Below are positions 38,488 to 47,787 of a DNA stretch of 64,000 nt, in pieces. Source of the DNA: Bacteroidales bacterium (GTDB lineage: Bacteria > Bacteroidota > Bacteroidia > Bacteroidales > ML635J-15); NCBI GenBank assembly GCA_031284905.1, contig JAITXI010000077.1, forward strand, positions 6,670-70,669, written 5' to 3'. How positions within the stretch are numbered: the first letter of the stretch is position 1; every line of letters begins with the position of its first letter. A model generated the notes under the pieces. The model made no database searches. It was not told the DNA's origin and worked only from the letters and a program-made list of their open reading frames with translations. The position numbers and the translations under genes are program-made.

Positions 38488-38781
38488 ATGATTGAATTAA
38501 ATAGAAAAACTTTAAATAAAATAATTGAAATATTATGGATTCTTATTGGACTTTTTAGTATAGGAGTGTCGATTTATGTGTTTATTAAATTAGGAAAGAA
38601 TTTCCATGATTTTCGTGTAATAATTTGTTTTTTCCTTGGCATAATTAGTATTTGTATGTCTTTTTTAAGACGAATGCAAAGAAAAAATGAAGAAAACAAA
38701 AAAAATAGAAGAAGTATAAATCTAAAAAGGAATATTCCGGAAGATAAACCAGAAATTGATGATGATTATTTAACTAAATGA
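38488..38781 (+). CDS. Small two-TM membrane protein
   Basis: 97 aa. Two hydrophobic segments and a basic tail. The stop overlaps the next start (ATGA). Confidence 0.5.
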   Translation: MIELNRKTLNKIIEILWILIGLFSIGVSIYVFIKLGKNFHDFRVIICFFLGIISICMSFLRRMQRKNEENKKNRRSINLKRNIPEDKPEIDDDYLTK

Positions 38782-40049
38782 CAACAATTATCATAATTAT
38801 TATTTCAATTATTTTTTCTGCTATTTTTTCAGGAATGGAAATTGCTTTCGTTTCGTCCAACAAACTTAGGATTGAAATGATTGTAAATAATAAAACTTCA
38901 AAAAATAATATTTTTTCCAAAATCACTAAAAATCCGTCTCTTTTTATTTCAACTATGTTGGTAGGAAATAATTTTATGTTGGTGTTGTATGGGATTTATA
39001 TGCAAAATTTGCTAACCCCTGTTTTAAAAACATTTATTGTTGAAGATTTTTGGTTATTATTAATTCAAACAATTATTTCCAGTTTAATAATTTTATTTTT
39101 GGGAGAATTTTTGCCAAAAATATTATTTAGAATTAACAGCTACGGCATTTTGAATAGATTATCTTTTTTAGCTGTGTTTTTTTATATTATTTTTTATCCG
39201 ATTATTACAATTTCTATGTTATTATCAGAATTATTTTTGAAATTATTTATAAGAAACTCAAATATTAATAAGGATATTTCTTATACAAAATTTGATGTTG
39301 AAGAAATTATAGATAGGGCGGCTGATAATGCTGAAAAACAAGTTGCAGAAACGGAATTTAATAATTTAAAAATTATTCAAAATATTATGGATTTCCCTGC
39401 TATTATTGTTAGAGAATGTATGATTCCTCGAAATAGAATAAATGCTATAAATATAGACGCAGGAATGCAAAAAGTATTGCAAAAATTCACAGAATCGGGA
39501 AATTCCAATCTTATAGTCTATGAAGATGTTATAGACAACGTAATTGGATATATTAATGTTAAAGATATTTTTAAAAATCAATTTCAGATACAAGATATCT
39601 TGCGAACAATAATTATTGTGCCGGAAACTATGTATGTGAAAGATTTGCTCAAAAATCTTATAAAAGAAAACAAAAGCATTGCCGTTGTTGTAGATGAATT
39701 TGGAAGTATTAACGGATTGATTAGTTCGGAAGATATTTTGGAGGAGATTTTTGGCGAATTTGAAGACGAACACGATGTTTCTGCAAAAAAAGTGATTGTC
39801 AACAAAGAAGGAAATTTAATAATTTCAGGTTTGCAAGAAGTTGATATTTTCAACAAACTTTACGGCTATTCGCTTTCAAAATCAGATGATTATGAAACTA
39901 TTGCCGGTTATATTCTTTTTCATACAGATAATTTTCCCGAGAAAGGAGATATTATTATTATAAACGATAATGGTAAAAAATATAAATTCAAAATATTAAT
40001 GGTTTCTGATACAAAAATTGAAAAAGTGTTGATGTATGAAAACCGTTAA
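38778..40049 (+). CDS. CNNM/DUF21-CBS-CorC_HlyC family protein (GldE/TlyC-like)
   Basis: N-terminal DUF21 TM domain (FSGMEIAFVS). CBS pair. C-terminal CorC_HlyC-type region. 423 aa. Confidence 0.88.
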   Translation: MTTIIIIIISIIFSAIFSGMEIAFVSSNKLRIEMIVNNKTSKNNIFSKITKNPSLFISTMLVGNNFMLVLYGIYMQNLLTPVLKTFIVEDFWLLLIQTIISSLIILFLGEFLPKILFRINSYGILNRLSFLAVFFYIIFYPIITISMLLSELFLKLFIRNSNINKDISYTKFDVEEIIDRAADNAEKQVAETEFNNLKIIQNIMDFPAIIVRECMIPRNRINAINIDAGMQKVLQKFTESGNSNLIVYEDVIDNVIGYINVKDIFKNQFQIQDILRTIIIVPETMYVKDLLKNLIKENKSIAVVVDEFGSINGLISSEDILEEIFGEFEDEHDVSAKKVIVNKEGNLIISGLQEVDIFNKLYGYSLSKSDDYETIAGYILFHTDNFPEKGDIIIINDNGKKYKFKILMVSDTKIEKVLMYENR

Positions 40050-40426
40050 AAATTAGATTAAGGAGAAAAATAAAAAAGACCAAACAGATTCTGAAAACTT
40101 ATTATGTCTTTTTTATTTTTGAGAGATTTTCAACCCAACTTATACTTTTTTTTACTCGCTTATCCCGAATTCATGTTCGTAGGAGATATGTGACAAAAAT
40201 ATTTTGCTTATTACCAGAAAAGTTCCAAAAAAAAGATAAAAACAGGAGATACAATTCCTATGAAATTTTGTATAGATTTAGATACTAACAGAATACACTC
40301 AATGGAAATTCGTCCACTTTATTATTCTCTGAAATGCATAGAAAAAATAGAATAAATCAAAAACAGATTAGGTGCAAAAAAAAATCGTACTCAATTTTTA
40401 TTCTTTTTTTTTGATTAATAAAGTAG

Positions 40427-40434
40427 TAAATTTG
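40427..40434 (+). promoter_or_regulatory. Bacteroidota-type -7 box (TAAATTTG)
   Basis: TAnnTTTG abuts the first ATG (40436). This argues that the second ATG (40451) is the real start. Confidence 0.4.
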
Positions 40435-40450
40435 TATGCGAAAAAAACTT

Positions 40451-40972
40451 ATGGAAATTTTCTTAGAAATTATAAAAATAACTATTCCCGGTCTTATTGT
40501 GTTTGTTACAGCTTATTTTATTTTAAAAACAACTTTAAAAAAAGAATTAGAAAATAGACGGGTAGAAGTTGTACTTCAAAATCAAAAGCTAATAACTCCT
40601 ATTAGATTACAAGCCTACGAAAGAATTGTACTTTTTTTGGAAAGAATCTCTCCAAATAATGTAATTATGCGATTGACGACTCCTAATATGACAGTTTCAC
40701 AACTTCATAAAGAAATGTTAATTACTATTCGTACAGAATTTGAACATAATTTGTCACAACAAATTTATTTGTCAATAGATGCTTGGGAACAAGTGAAAAT
40801 TGCGAAAGAAAAAACAATTCAGTTGTTGAATTTTTGTGTAAGTGAATTAGACCCAAATGATGATGCTTTTAAATATAGTCAATTAGTTTTTGAAAAATTA
40901 ATTGAAAATCCAAAATCTCCGCTCCAAGAAGCTATTGATTATTTGAAAGAGGAAATTAAGATATTATATTGA
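40451..40972 (+). CDS. Membrane-anchored hypothetical protein
   Basis: N-terminal TM (ITIPGLIVFVTAYFIL) followed by a helical soluble domain. No motif recognised. Confidence 0.6.
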   Translation: MEIFLEIIKITIPGLIVFVTAYFILKTTLKKELENRRVEVVLQNQKLITPIRLQAYERIVLFLERISPNNVIMRLTTPNMTVSQLHKEMLITIRTEFEHNLSQQIYLSIDAWEQVKIAKEKTIQLLNFCVSELDPNDDAFKYSQLVFEKLIENPKSPLQEAIDYLKEEIKILY

Positions 40973-41060
40973 TTTTAAGAGTATCAATTCCATCACTGAT
41001 AAAACGGAGAATGGGTCTATATATATTTTTAAAATTATAGTTCAGAAAATATTCAAAAAT

Positions 41061-41078
41061 TATACAGAATTCTGTATA
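41061..41078. repeat. Perfect 18-bp palindrome TATACAGAATTCTGTATA
   Basis: Read directly. Lies 117 nt upstream of the -7 box at 41195. Confidence 0.9.
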
Positions 41079-41194
41079 AAAATTAATCACATAATAAATT
41101 TATTTTCAAATAATTATATGAAATTATTTTTTTTAATTATTAGCGACTACAGTATATACAATAATTATTCTGTGACATTTTTGTAAAAAAGTGT

Positions 41195-41202
41195 TATCTT
41201 TG
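41195..41202 (+). promoter_or_regulatory. Bacteroidota-type -7 box (TATCTTTG)
   Basis: TAnnTTTG match 15 nt upstream of the ATG at 41217. Confidence 0.4.
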
Positions 41203-41216
41203 TAAAAACTTTGCTT

Positions 41217-43064
41217 ATGAAAAAAGTTATATTTTCTTTGCTTTTTTTAATTCCATTTTCATTTTGTTTTTCACAAGTATATCAATTACCTAATGGAGGA
41301 TTTGAAGATTGGGAAGGTAGTGGAGATAATGCAGAGCCTGTAAAGTGGAGTAGTTTCAAAACTTCTCAATGTGATTTGAGTATTGGTTGTAGCATGGCTC
41401 AAGTAAAAAAATTAGATAAATCATCTGATGTACGTCCGGGTTCAAATGGAGAGTTTTCATGTAGAATTTATGCAACTTCTATAATGGGAGTCATCGCAAA
41501 TGGAAATGTAACTACCGGAAAAATTCGTGTAGGAAGTACAAGTGCGACTAGCGACCAAAATTATAATTTCACACAACGTTCAGATGACAATTTTAGTCAA
41601 AAATTTGATGGACGACCGGATTCTTTAATATTTTGGGCAAAATTTTCTTGTAATTCAAGTTCGCAAGAAGCAAGTTTTGCAACAATAATTCATGACGATT
41701 ACGATTATAGAGACCCGCAATCAAGTGACGGAAATGCAGGAAATCATGTAGTTGGGAAAGCTACTCAATTGTTTAATAAAGGAAATGGAGACTGGAAGAG
41801 ATATTCTGTACCATTTTCTTATGGTTATTCGGCAACTACTCCAAAATACATTTTAATTTCTGCTACAACAAATAAAACAGGAGGCGCAGGAGCGACGTCA
41901 GATGCTTTATTTATAGATGACATCGAATTTATTTATAATTGTAAAATTTCAGACTTGAAAATAAACGGAATAAGAATAACAGGATTTAATCCGCAAATTA
42001 CCGAATATAATATAACTGCTCAATGTGGAGTTAATTATAACATTTCTGCAATTGCACTATCATCATCTGCAACAGTAAATGTTGTTCAAGCAAACGAAAC
42101 AAATAATTTTACCGCAACAATTACAATTTTAAACGGAAACCAATCAAAACAATTTTTTGTTCATTTCATTTATAATACTTATTCATCAACAGAAAATATC
42201 ACAATTTGTGAAGGTTCTTCTTATCAACTTGGAGACGAAATTTTAACAACAGCAGGAATATATACAAAAGTTTTCACGGCAGTAAACGGTTGCGATAGCA
42301 CAATTACAATAAATTTATCCATTGGAGAAAATTACGAACGAACAATTCAAGCAACTATTTGTATAGGAGAATTATACAACGAAAACGGATTTCAAGAAAA
42401 TGCAACAGGTTTATATTCAATAATAATTCCTTCTTCTGAAAGTTGTGATACAATAGTATATTTACAATTAATCGTTAACGAAATAGAAGAATCAACCATA
42501 AACGCAGCTCTTTGTGAAGGAAATGAATTTATTTTTAATGGAGAATCATTTTCAGAACCAGGAACTTATGAAATTTTTGACAATTCAGAAAATAATTGCA
42601 AAAAAGTATTTTTGCACCTTGAAACAACAGCAAATTCAGAAATAACTCTCTACGATACTATTTGGGCAGGTGCTCAATATTTCAAAGATGGATTTTCAAT
42701 TTTTGAAACTGATACTGTTGGAACTCTTGAATACAATATTCGCGACTCGGCAAATTGTTTGGATAAAACATTATTTTTAACTATAAAACGTTTTGTTCGC
42801 GAACCTTTACCAACTTCTTCAGATTTTGTTTTTAAATATTACCCAAATCCTGCAAAACAATATTTTATAATAGAAATTGAAGAATATGAAGCAGACGATT
42901 TAGAATATTATCTCTATAATTCACAAGGTAGTTTGGTGAGTTCAGGAAGAATAATTGGAAATAAATATCAAGTGAATACTTCAAATTTAAGATGTGGAAT
43001 TTATTCATTAAAATTATTTTTATCCGAAGAGCACTATAAAACTGAAAAGTTAATAATTAGATAA
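41217..43064 (+). CDS. T9SS cargo protein: PCMD-like N-domain, cadherin-like beta-sandwich, four Cys-bracketed repeats, CTD
   Basis: QLPNGGFEDWEG start typical of the PCMD domain. ISDLKINGIRITGFNPQITEYNI. Four units of pattern C.G..Y...G......G.Y......C. C-terminal FKYYPNPAKQYFIIE...GIYSLKL. Confidence 0.8.
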   Translation: MKKVIFSLLFLIPFSFCFSQVYQLPNGGFEDWEGSGDNAEPVKWSSFKTSQCDLSIGCSMAQVKKLDKSSDVRPGSNGEFSCRIYATSIMGVIANGNVTTGKIRVGSTSATSDQNYNFTQRSDDNFSQKFDGRPDSLIFWAKFSCNSSSQEASFATIIHDDYDYRDPQSSDGNAGNHVVGKATQLFNKGNGDWKRYSVPFSYGYSATTPKYILISATTNKTGGAGATSDALFIDDIEFIYNCKISDLKINGIRITGFNPQITEYNITAQCGVNYNISAIALSSSATVNVVQANETNNFTATITILNGNQSKQFFVHFIYNTYSSTENITICEGSSYQLGDEILTTAGIYTKVFTAVNGCDSTITINLSIGENYERTIQATICIGELYNENGFQENATGLYSIIIPSSESCDTIVYLQLIVNEIEESTINAALCEGNEFIFNGESFSEPGTYEIFDNSENNCKKVFLHLETTANSEITLYDTIWAGAQYFKDGFSIFETDTVGTLEYNIRDSANCLDKTLFLTIKRFVREPLPTSSDFVFKYYPNPAKQYFIIEIEEYEADDLEYYLYNSQGSLVSSGRIIGNKYQVNTSNLRCGIYSLKLFLSEEHYKTEKLIIR

Positions 43065-43073
43065 AAATTATTA

Positions 43074-45524
43074 ATGTCTCTAACTATCGAAGATATTGAA
43101 AAAATAATTCCTTGTAAAATTTATGGGAGAAAAGAATACAAAATAAATAAAATTGTAACTGATAGTAGAAATCAAGTTGATTCAACGGATTGTTTGTTTA
43201 TCGCAATAAAAGGCAAATACAATGATGGCATAAAATATATTGAAGAAGAATATAAAAAAGGTGTCAGAAGTTTTATAATCAACGAAAATATTGATTATCA
43301 TAAGTTTGCAGATGCTTGTTTTATTAAAGTTGAAAATTCTATTACAGCTTTACAACAATTAGCTGCATATAAACGAAACTTATATAATATTCCAATAATC
43401 GGTATTACGGGAAGCAATGGAAAAACTATTGTAAAAGAATGGTTAAGTTGGATTTTGAATGAAAAATTTAATCTTACAAAAAACCCAAAGAGTTATAATT
43501 CACAAATTGGAGTGCCACTTTCAGTATGGCACTTGAACAATTTCTCAGAATTAGGAATTTTTGAAGCAGGAATTTCTCAACCTGATGAAATGAAAAATTT
43601 AGAGAAAATTATTCGTCCTACAATTGGAATTTTGACAAATATTGGAACTGCTCATCAAGCAAATTTTTCTACAATAGAACAAAAAATTAAAGAAAAATTA
43701 TTATTATTTCAAAATTCTGAAACATTAATTTACAATTGTGATGATGAATTAATAAATTTAGGAGAAAAAAAATTATCAGGAGAAAAAAAAATTATCACTT
43801 GGTCGAAAAAAAATACCGGTATAGTAAATATTACAAAAATTGTAAAGAAAGAAAATAAAACTCAAATATCTTTTATCTACAAAGGAAAAGAAAATAAATA
43901 TGAAATTCCATTTATAGATAATGGTTCTATAGAAAATTCAATAAGTTGTATTTGTGCGATTATTGCTCTAAATTTAGAATTTTCAGCTGATATAATAGAA
44001 CGATTCGGAACGTTGCCGTCAGTAAAAATGCGTCTTGAAGTTTTAGAAGGAATTTATAATAGTATATTAATCAGCGATATATATAATTCTGATTTTAATT
44101 CTATAGAAATAGCATTAGATTATCTAAATCAGAAAAAAGTTAATAGAGAAACAGTTGTAATATTGTCGGATTTTTTGCAGCATAATACTGAAAATACATA
44201 CGAAAACGTAAAATCTTTAATTGAAGCTAAAAAAATTGTTCATTTTATTGGAATTGGAGAAAAATTATTTCTAAATAAAGAAATTTTTGCGAAAAATCAT
44301 TCTTTTTACAGAACTACAGAAGAATTTCTTAAAAATATTGATTACCATAATTTTCACAACAAAATCGTTTTAATAAAAGGAGCCAGAGATTTTAAATTTG
44401 AAGAAATCACAAAAAAACTTCAAGCAAAAAATAATGAATCTACAATTGAAATTGATTTATCAATGCTCAAACAAAATTTAGATTATTTCAAATCACGTTT
44501 AAATCCAAACACAAAAATCATAGCAATGGTAAAAGCCTTTGGATACGGAAATGGACATTTTGAAATTTCTAATTTGTTGCAACACAACAATATAGATTAT
44601 CTGGCAGTGGCAATAGTTGATGAAGGAGTTGAATTACGAGATAAAGGGATTTCGCTTCCAATTATGGTTATGAATCCGGCAATTCATTATTTGCGAACGA
44701 TGATTGAATACAAACTTGAACCGGAAATCTATTCAATTGCATTGTTAACAGAATTAATGAAAGAATTGGAGATTTCAGGAATAAAAAATTTTCAAATTCA
44801 TTTGAAAATAGATACCGGAATGCATCGTTTAGGAATTTCTGAAAAAGATGTTGAAAATTTTTGTAATATTTTAAAATCAACAGATTTAATAAAAATTACC
44901 AGTATTTTTTCTCATTTAGTAGGAAGTGATGACAAAAAATTAGATTATTTTACACAAGAACAAGTTTCAAAATTCAATAAAATTTATTTTCAAATAGTTG
45001 AAAAAATTGGATACAAACCTGACCGTCATGTTTTGAATAGTGCCGGTATTATCAGATTTCCTGAATATGATTATGAAATGGTAAGATTGGGAATAGGACT
45101 TTATGGTTTAATGCCTGAAATTACAGATAAAATTTTCCAGATAAGCACTTTTGTGTCAATAATTTCACAAATTCACGAAATTGAAATAGGAGAAACTGTA
45201 AGTTATAGTCGTTCCGGAAAAATTTTAAGAAATTCAACAATCGCAACAATTCCTGTCGGCTACGCAGATGGTCTTGACCGAAGATTAGGAAATGGAAATT
45301 GGTATTTTGTCGTAAACGGACAAAAAGCTAAAACTATAGGAAACATTTGTATGGATATGACCATGATAGATATTACTGATATTCAAGCTAAAGAAGGTGA
45401 TGAGGTAATTATTTTTGGAAAAGAAAATTCTATTTGTAAAATGGCAGAAACACTTGGCACAATTCCTTATGAAATAATTACGGGAATTTCTTTGAGGATA
45501 AAAAGGGTTTATAGTGAGGAATGA
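43074..45524 (+). CDS. murF: Bifunctional UDP-MurNAc-tripeptide--D-Ala-D-Ala ligase (MurF) / alanine racemase (Alr) fusion
   Basis: N-terminal Mur ligase with the P-loop GITGSNGKT. C-terminal PLP racemase (AMVKAFGYGNG with the PLP lysine, plus YSRSG). A single 816-aa ORF. Confidence 0.92.
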   Translation: MSLTIEDIEKIIPCKIYGRKEYKINKIVTDSRNQVDSTDCLFIAIKGKYNDGIKYIEEEYKKGVRSFIINENIDYHKFADACFIKVENSITALQQLAAYKRNLYNIPIIGITGSNGKTIVKEWLSWILNEKFNLTKNPKSYNSQIGVPLSVWHLNNFSELGIFEAGISQPDEMKNLEKIIRPTIGILTNIGTAHQANFSTIEQKIKEKLLLFQNSETLIYNCDDELINLGEKKLSGEKKIITWSKKNTGIVNITKIVKKENKTQISFIYKGKENKYEIPFIDNGSIENSISCICAIIALNLEFSADIIERFGTLPSVKMRLEVLEGIYNSILISDIYNSDFNSIEIALDYLNQKKVNRETVVILSDFLQHNTENTYENVKSLIEAKKIVHFIGIGEKLFLNKEIFAKNHSFYRTTEEFLKNIDYHNFHNKIVLIKGARDFKFEEITKKLQAKNNESTIEIDLSMLKQNLDYFKSRLNPNTKIIAMVKAFGYGNGHFEISNLLQHNNIDYLAVAIVDEGVELRDKGISLPIMVMNPAIHYLRTMIEYKLEPEIYSIALLTELMKELEISGIKNFQIHLKIDTGMHRLGISEKDVENFCNILKSTDLIKITSIFSHLVGSDDKKLDYFTQEQVSKFNKIYFQIVEKIGYKPDRHVLNSAGIIRFPEYDYEMVRLGIGLYGLMPEITDKIFQISTFVSIISQIHEIEIGETVSYSRSGKILRNSTIATIPVGYADGLDRRLGNGNWYFVVNGQKAKTIGNICMDMTMIDITDIQAKEGDEVIIFGKENSICKMAETLGTIPYEIITGISLRIKRVYSEE

Positions 45525-45740
45525 AAAATTTAGTTAAAAATTGTATTTCTACTATATTTATAATGTTACCTTAACCCAACTTAAACAAGATTGCATAAAA
45601 GAACAAATAAAAAAATCCAATTTTTATAAAATCTAAAAGTATAGATTATTGATTATCAATAGTTACATGTTTGATGTTTTAAAAAATGGCTTTGTAAACC
45701 CGTAGTTCTCAAAATATATCAAAATGAATAACTTTGTGAC

Positions 45741-45860
45741 ATGTTTGTAAAGAAAATTGAAAAATCAAATAAATATGTTGAATATAATGTAGAAAACAAA
45801 CTTAACAACAGACCAAGAAAAAAATTGTGATTTTTAACTCCTAATGAATTTTTTTTATAA
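45741..45860 (+). mobile_element. IS30-family transposase C-terminal remnant
   Basis: Translates to ...VENKLNNRPRKKL*FLTPNEFFL*. This matches the conserved IS30 tail (LNNRPRK.LG..TPNEVF) but has an internal stop. No upstream catalytic domain is present. Confidence 0.6.
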
Positions 45861-45877
45861 TTATTGCAAATAATCGT

Positions 45878-46591
45878 TTATTTTTCACGATCATTTTTAT
45901 GATTAATAATGAATGGTTTATAGATAGTCATACAATTTTCAATCATCTCTTGAACTCCATTTGATGTTAAAGTAGCACCAGAAAGTGCATCAACATCTTT
46001 AAGATTGTCCGGTTTTCTATTTTTGATAATTTTTAAATCAATCATTGAAAAGTCATTATTGAATAATTTTTTTCCAAAAAATTCAGACTGGAATTTTGGA
46101 GTATTTATGTCTCCGCCTAAACCGGGAGTTTCTGATACGTGATTAAATATTATTCCGTAAATAGTTATAAAATTGTCATCTGTGGAAACAAATCCATTAA
46201 TTTCACCCCATAATCCTTTTCCGGATAAAGAAAAAATATATTTTACAGAATAACCATCTAATTTTGCCACAAAAATCGGGAAATTAATATTTTCTTTGTT
46301 TTTTAATAACTCTTCTCGTAAATTAATATTAAATGCGTCTATATTATTTGTTACTTCTCCTTTTATATTTACAGAAAAACTTTTTATTATATACTTATCA
46401 AATAATAATTCAACACTATCCGCATCGCATGTGATATTGATAGATTTTAATATATTTGTTTTTTTCTCAAGTTCAAGATTTCGTTTTTGACGCGGTGCTA
46501 ATAAAGTTGCAACCAAAGTCAAACCAATACCAACAATTAAAATCAAGATTATGGAAAAAATTATTGTATATGAGTTTGATTCTTTATTCAT
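45878..46591 (-). CDS. nqrC: Na+-translocating NADH:quinone oxidoreductase subunit C
   Basis: N-terminal TM. FMN attachment motif DALSGATLTS. 237 aa. Confidence 0.9.
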   Translation of the reverse strand: MNKESNSYTIIFSIILILIVGIGLTLVATLLAPRQKRNLELEKKTNILKSINITCDADSVELLFDKYIIKSFSVNIKGEVTNNIDAFNINLREELLKNKENINFPIFVAKLDGYSVKYIFSLSGKGLWGEINGFVSTDDNFITIYGIIFNHVSETPGLGGDINTPKFQSEFFGKKLFNNDFSMIDLKIIKNRKPDNLKDVDALSGATLTSNGVQEMIENCMTIYKPFIINHKNDREK

Positions 46592-47771
46592 TAGTTTTTA
46601 ATCGTTTTAATCGTTTTTTAATATTAAATTCAACAATCACATAATCAATCAATGGTGCAAAAATATTCATAAGTAAAATGGCGAGCATCATGCCTTCAGG
46701 ATATGCCGGATTTACGACTCTAATAGTAATTGCAAAAACTCCAATTAAAAAACCATAGATATATTTTCCTACATTTGTTTGAGTGGCAGTAACCGGATCT
46801 GTTGCCATAAAAACCATTCCGAAAGCAAAACCGCCTAATATTAAATGTTCGTACCAAGGGATTTGCATTAAAGGAGAAGTCCCTATAAGATTATAAAAAA
46901 TTCCCATGCAACTTCCTCCTACCAAAACAGATAGCATAATTCTCCAACTTGCAATTCCTGTAAAAAGTAAAATTACTGCCCCAATCAAAATCGCTATTGT
47001 AGAAGTTTCGCCGACACAACCGGGAATTGTTCCAATAAAAATATTTTGAAAACTGATTGAATTTCCAAATCCATCAATAAAATTACTGCCGGAGGTAATA
47101 GCTTGTGAAAGTAAAGTTTCTCCGGAAAAACCATCAACAATATTTTCGCTTTTTATTAATCCGCTAATCCAAACTTTATCACCTGTCATATATGAAGGAA
47201 AAGCAAAAAACAGAAATGCACGAGCAAAGAGAGCTGGGTTTAAAATATTAAATCCTGTCCCTCCAAAAATTTCTTTCCCAATAATTACAGCAAAAGCAGT
47301 TGCTATTGCTAACATCCACAAAGGAATATCTATTGGTACTATCAATGGAATAATCATTCCGGTAACTAAATAACCTTCATTTACTTCGTGTTTCCGAATT
47401 TGAGCCACAGTAAATTCAATTCCTAATCCAACTACATACGAAACTATAATTAATGGTAAAATTTTTATAATTCCATATAAACATATTTGAAAAAAAGTTT
47501 GTTCTTCTCCAATTGATATATAATGTTGTAACCCGGTATTATATATGCCAAAAAGCAAACAAGGCAACAAAGCAATTACAACAATAATCATTGAACGTTT
47601 AATATCAATTGCGTCTTTTATATGAGTACCTTTTGTCGTAACTTCATCGGGAACGAAAAAAAAAGTCTCAAATGCGTTAAAAGTAGAATGCAAAAAAGAA
47701 AACTTACCACCTTCCGAAAAATTTGGCTTGATTTCATCAATTATGTGCCGTAATTTATTTTTAAATTGCAT
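46584..47771 (-). CDS. nqrB: Na+-translocating NADH:quinone oxidoreductase subunit B
   Basis: 395 aa polytopic protein. N-terminus and TM pattern match NqrB (GGKFSFLHSTFNAFETFFF, MATDPVT). Overlaps nqrC by 8 nt. Confidence 0.9.
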   Translation of the reverse strand: MQFKNKLRHIIDEIKPNFSEGGKFSFLHSTFNAFETFFFVPDEVTTKGTHIKDAIDIKRSMIIVVIALLPCLLFGIYNTGLQHYISIGEEQTFFQICLYGIIKILPLIIVSYVVGLGIEFTVAQIRKHEVNEGYLVTGMIIPLIVPIDIPLWMLAIATAFAVIIGKEIFGGTGFNILNPALFARAFLFFAFPSYMTGDKVWISGLIKSENIVDGFSGETLLSQAITSGSNFIDGFGNSISFQNIFIGTIPGCVGETSTIAILIGAVILLFTGIASWRIMLSVLVGGSCMGIFYNLIGTSPLMQIPWYEHLILGGFAFGMVFMATDPVTATQTNVGKYIYGFLIGVFAITIRVVNPAYPEGMMLAILLMNIFAPLIDYVIVEFNIKKRLKRLKTNE

Positions 47772-47787
47772 ATCTTTAAATTGAACA

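Noticed and set aside
39366-39856. Antisense ORFs of 135 and 90 aa inside the CNNM/GldE-like gene. Similar antisense or out-of-frame ORFs occur elsewhere, for example 2465-2653, 4769-5047, 6951-7187, 11211-11446, 17130-17709, 19151-19450, 27261-27858, 32790-33080, 53977-54650 and 56199-57879
   Set aside because: All lie within longer ORFs that have clear conserved motifs. Their translations are low-complexity, Ile/Phe/Asn/Lys-rich sequences typical of the stop-poor reverse frames found in AT-rich genes.
40133-40143. An 11-mer AACCCAACTTA shared between 40133 and 45575, both near IS remnants, as possible IS termini
   Set aside because: Exact 11-mer coincidences are expected many times over in a 64-kb sequence, and no extended similarity flanks them.
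40150-40370. Possible second IS1634-like transposase fossil. It shares ttatcccgaa-tca-gt with 33808-33830, and the minus-strand translation contains AKY…NMNSGI
   Set aside because: A shared 10-mer is expected by chance in 64 kb, and the translated similarity is too weak to call by eye. The 386-nt gap may still be decayed DNA, but this needs a BLASTX check.
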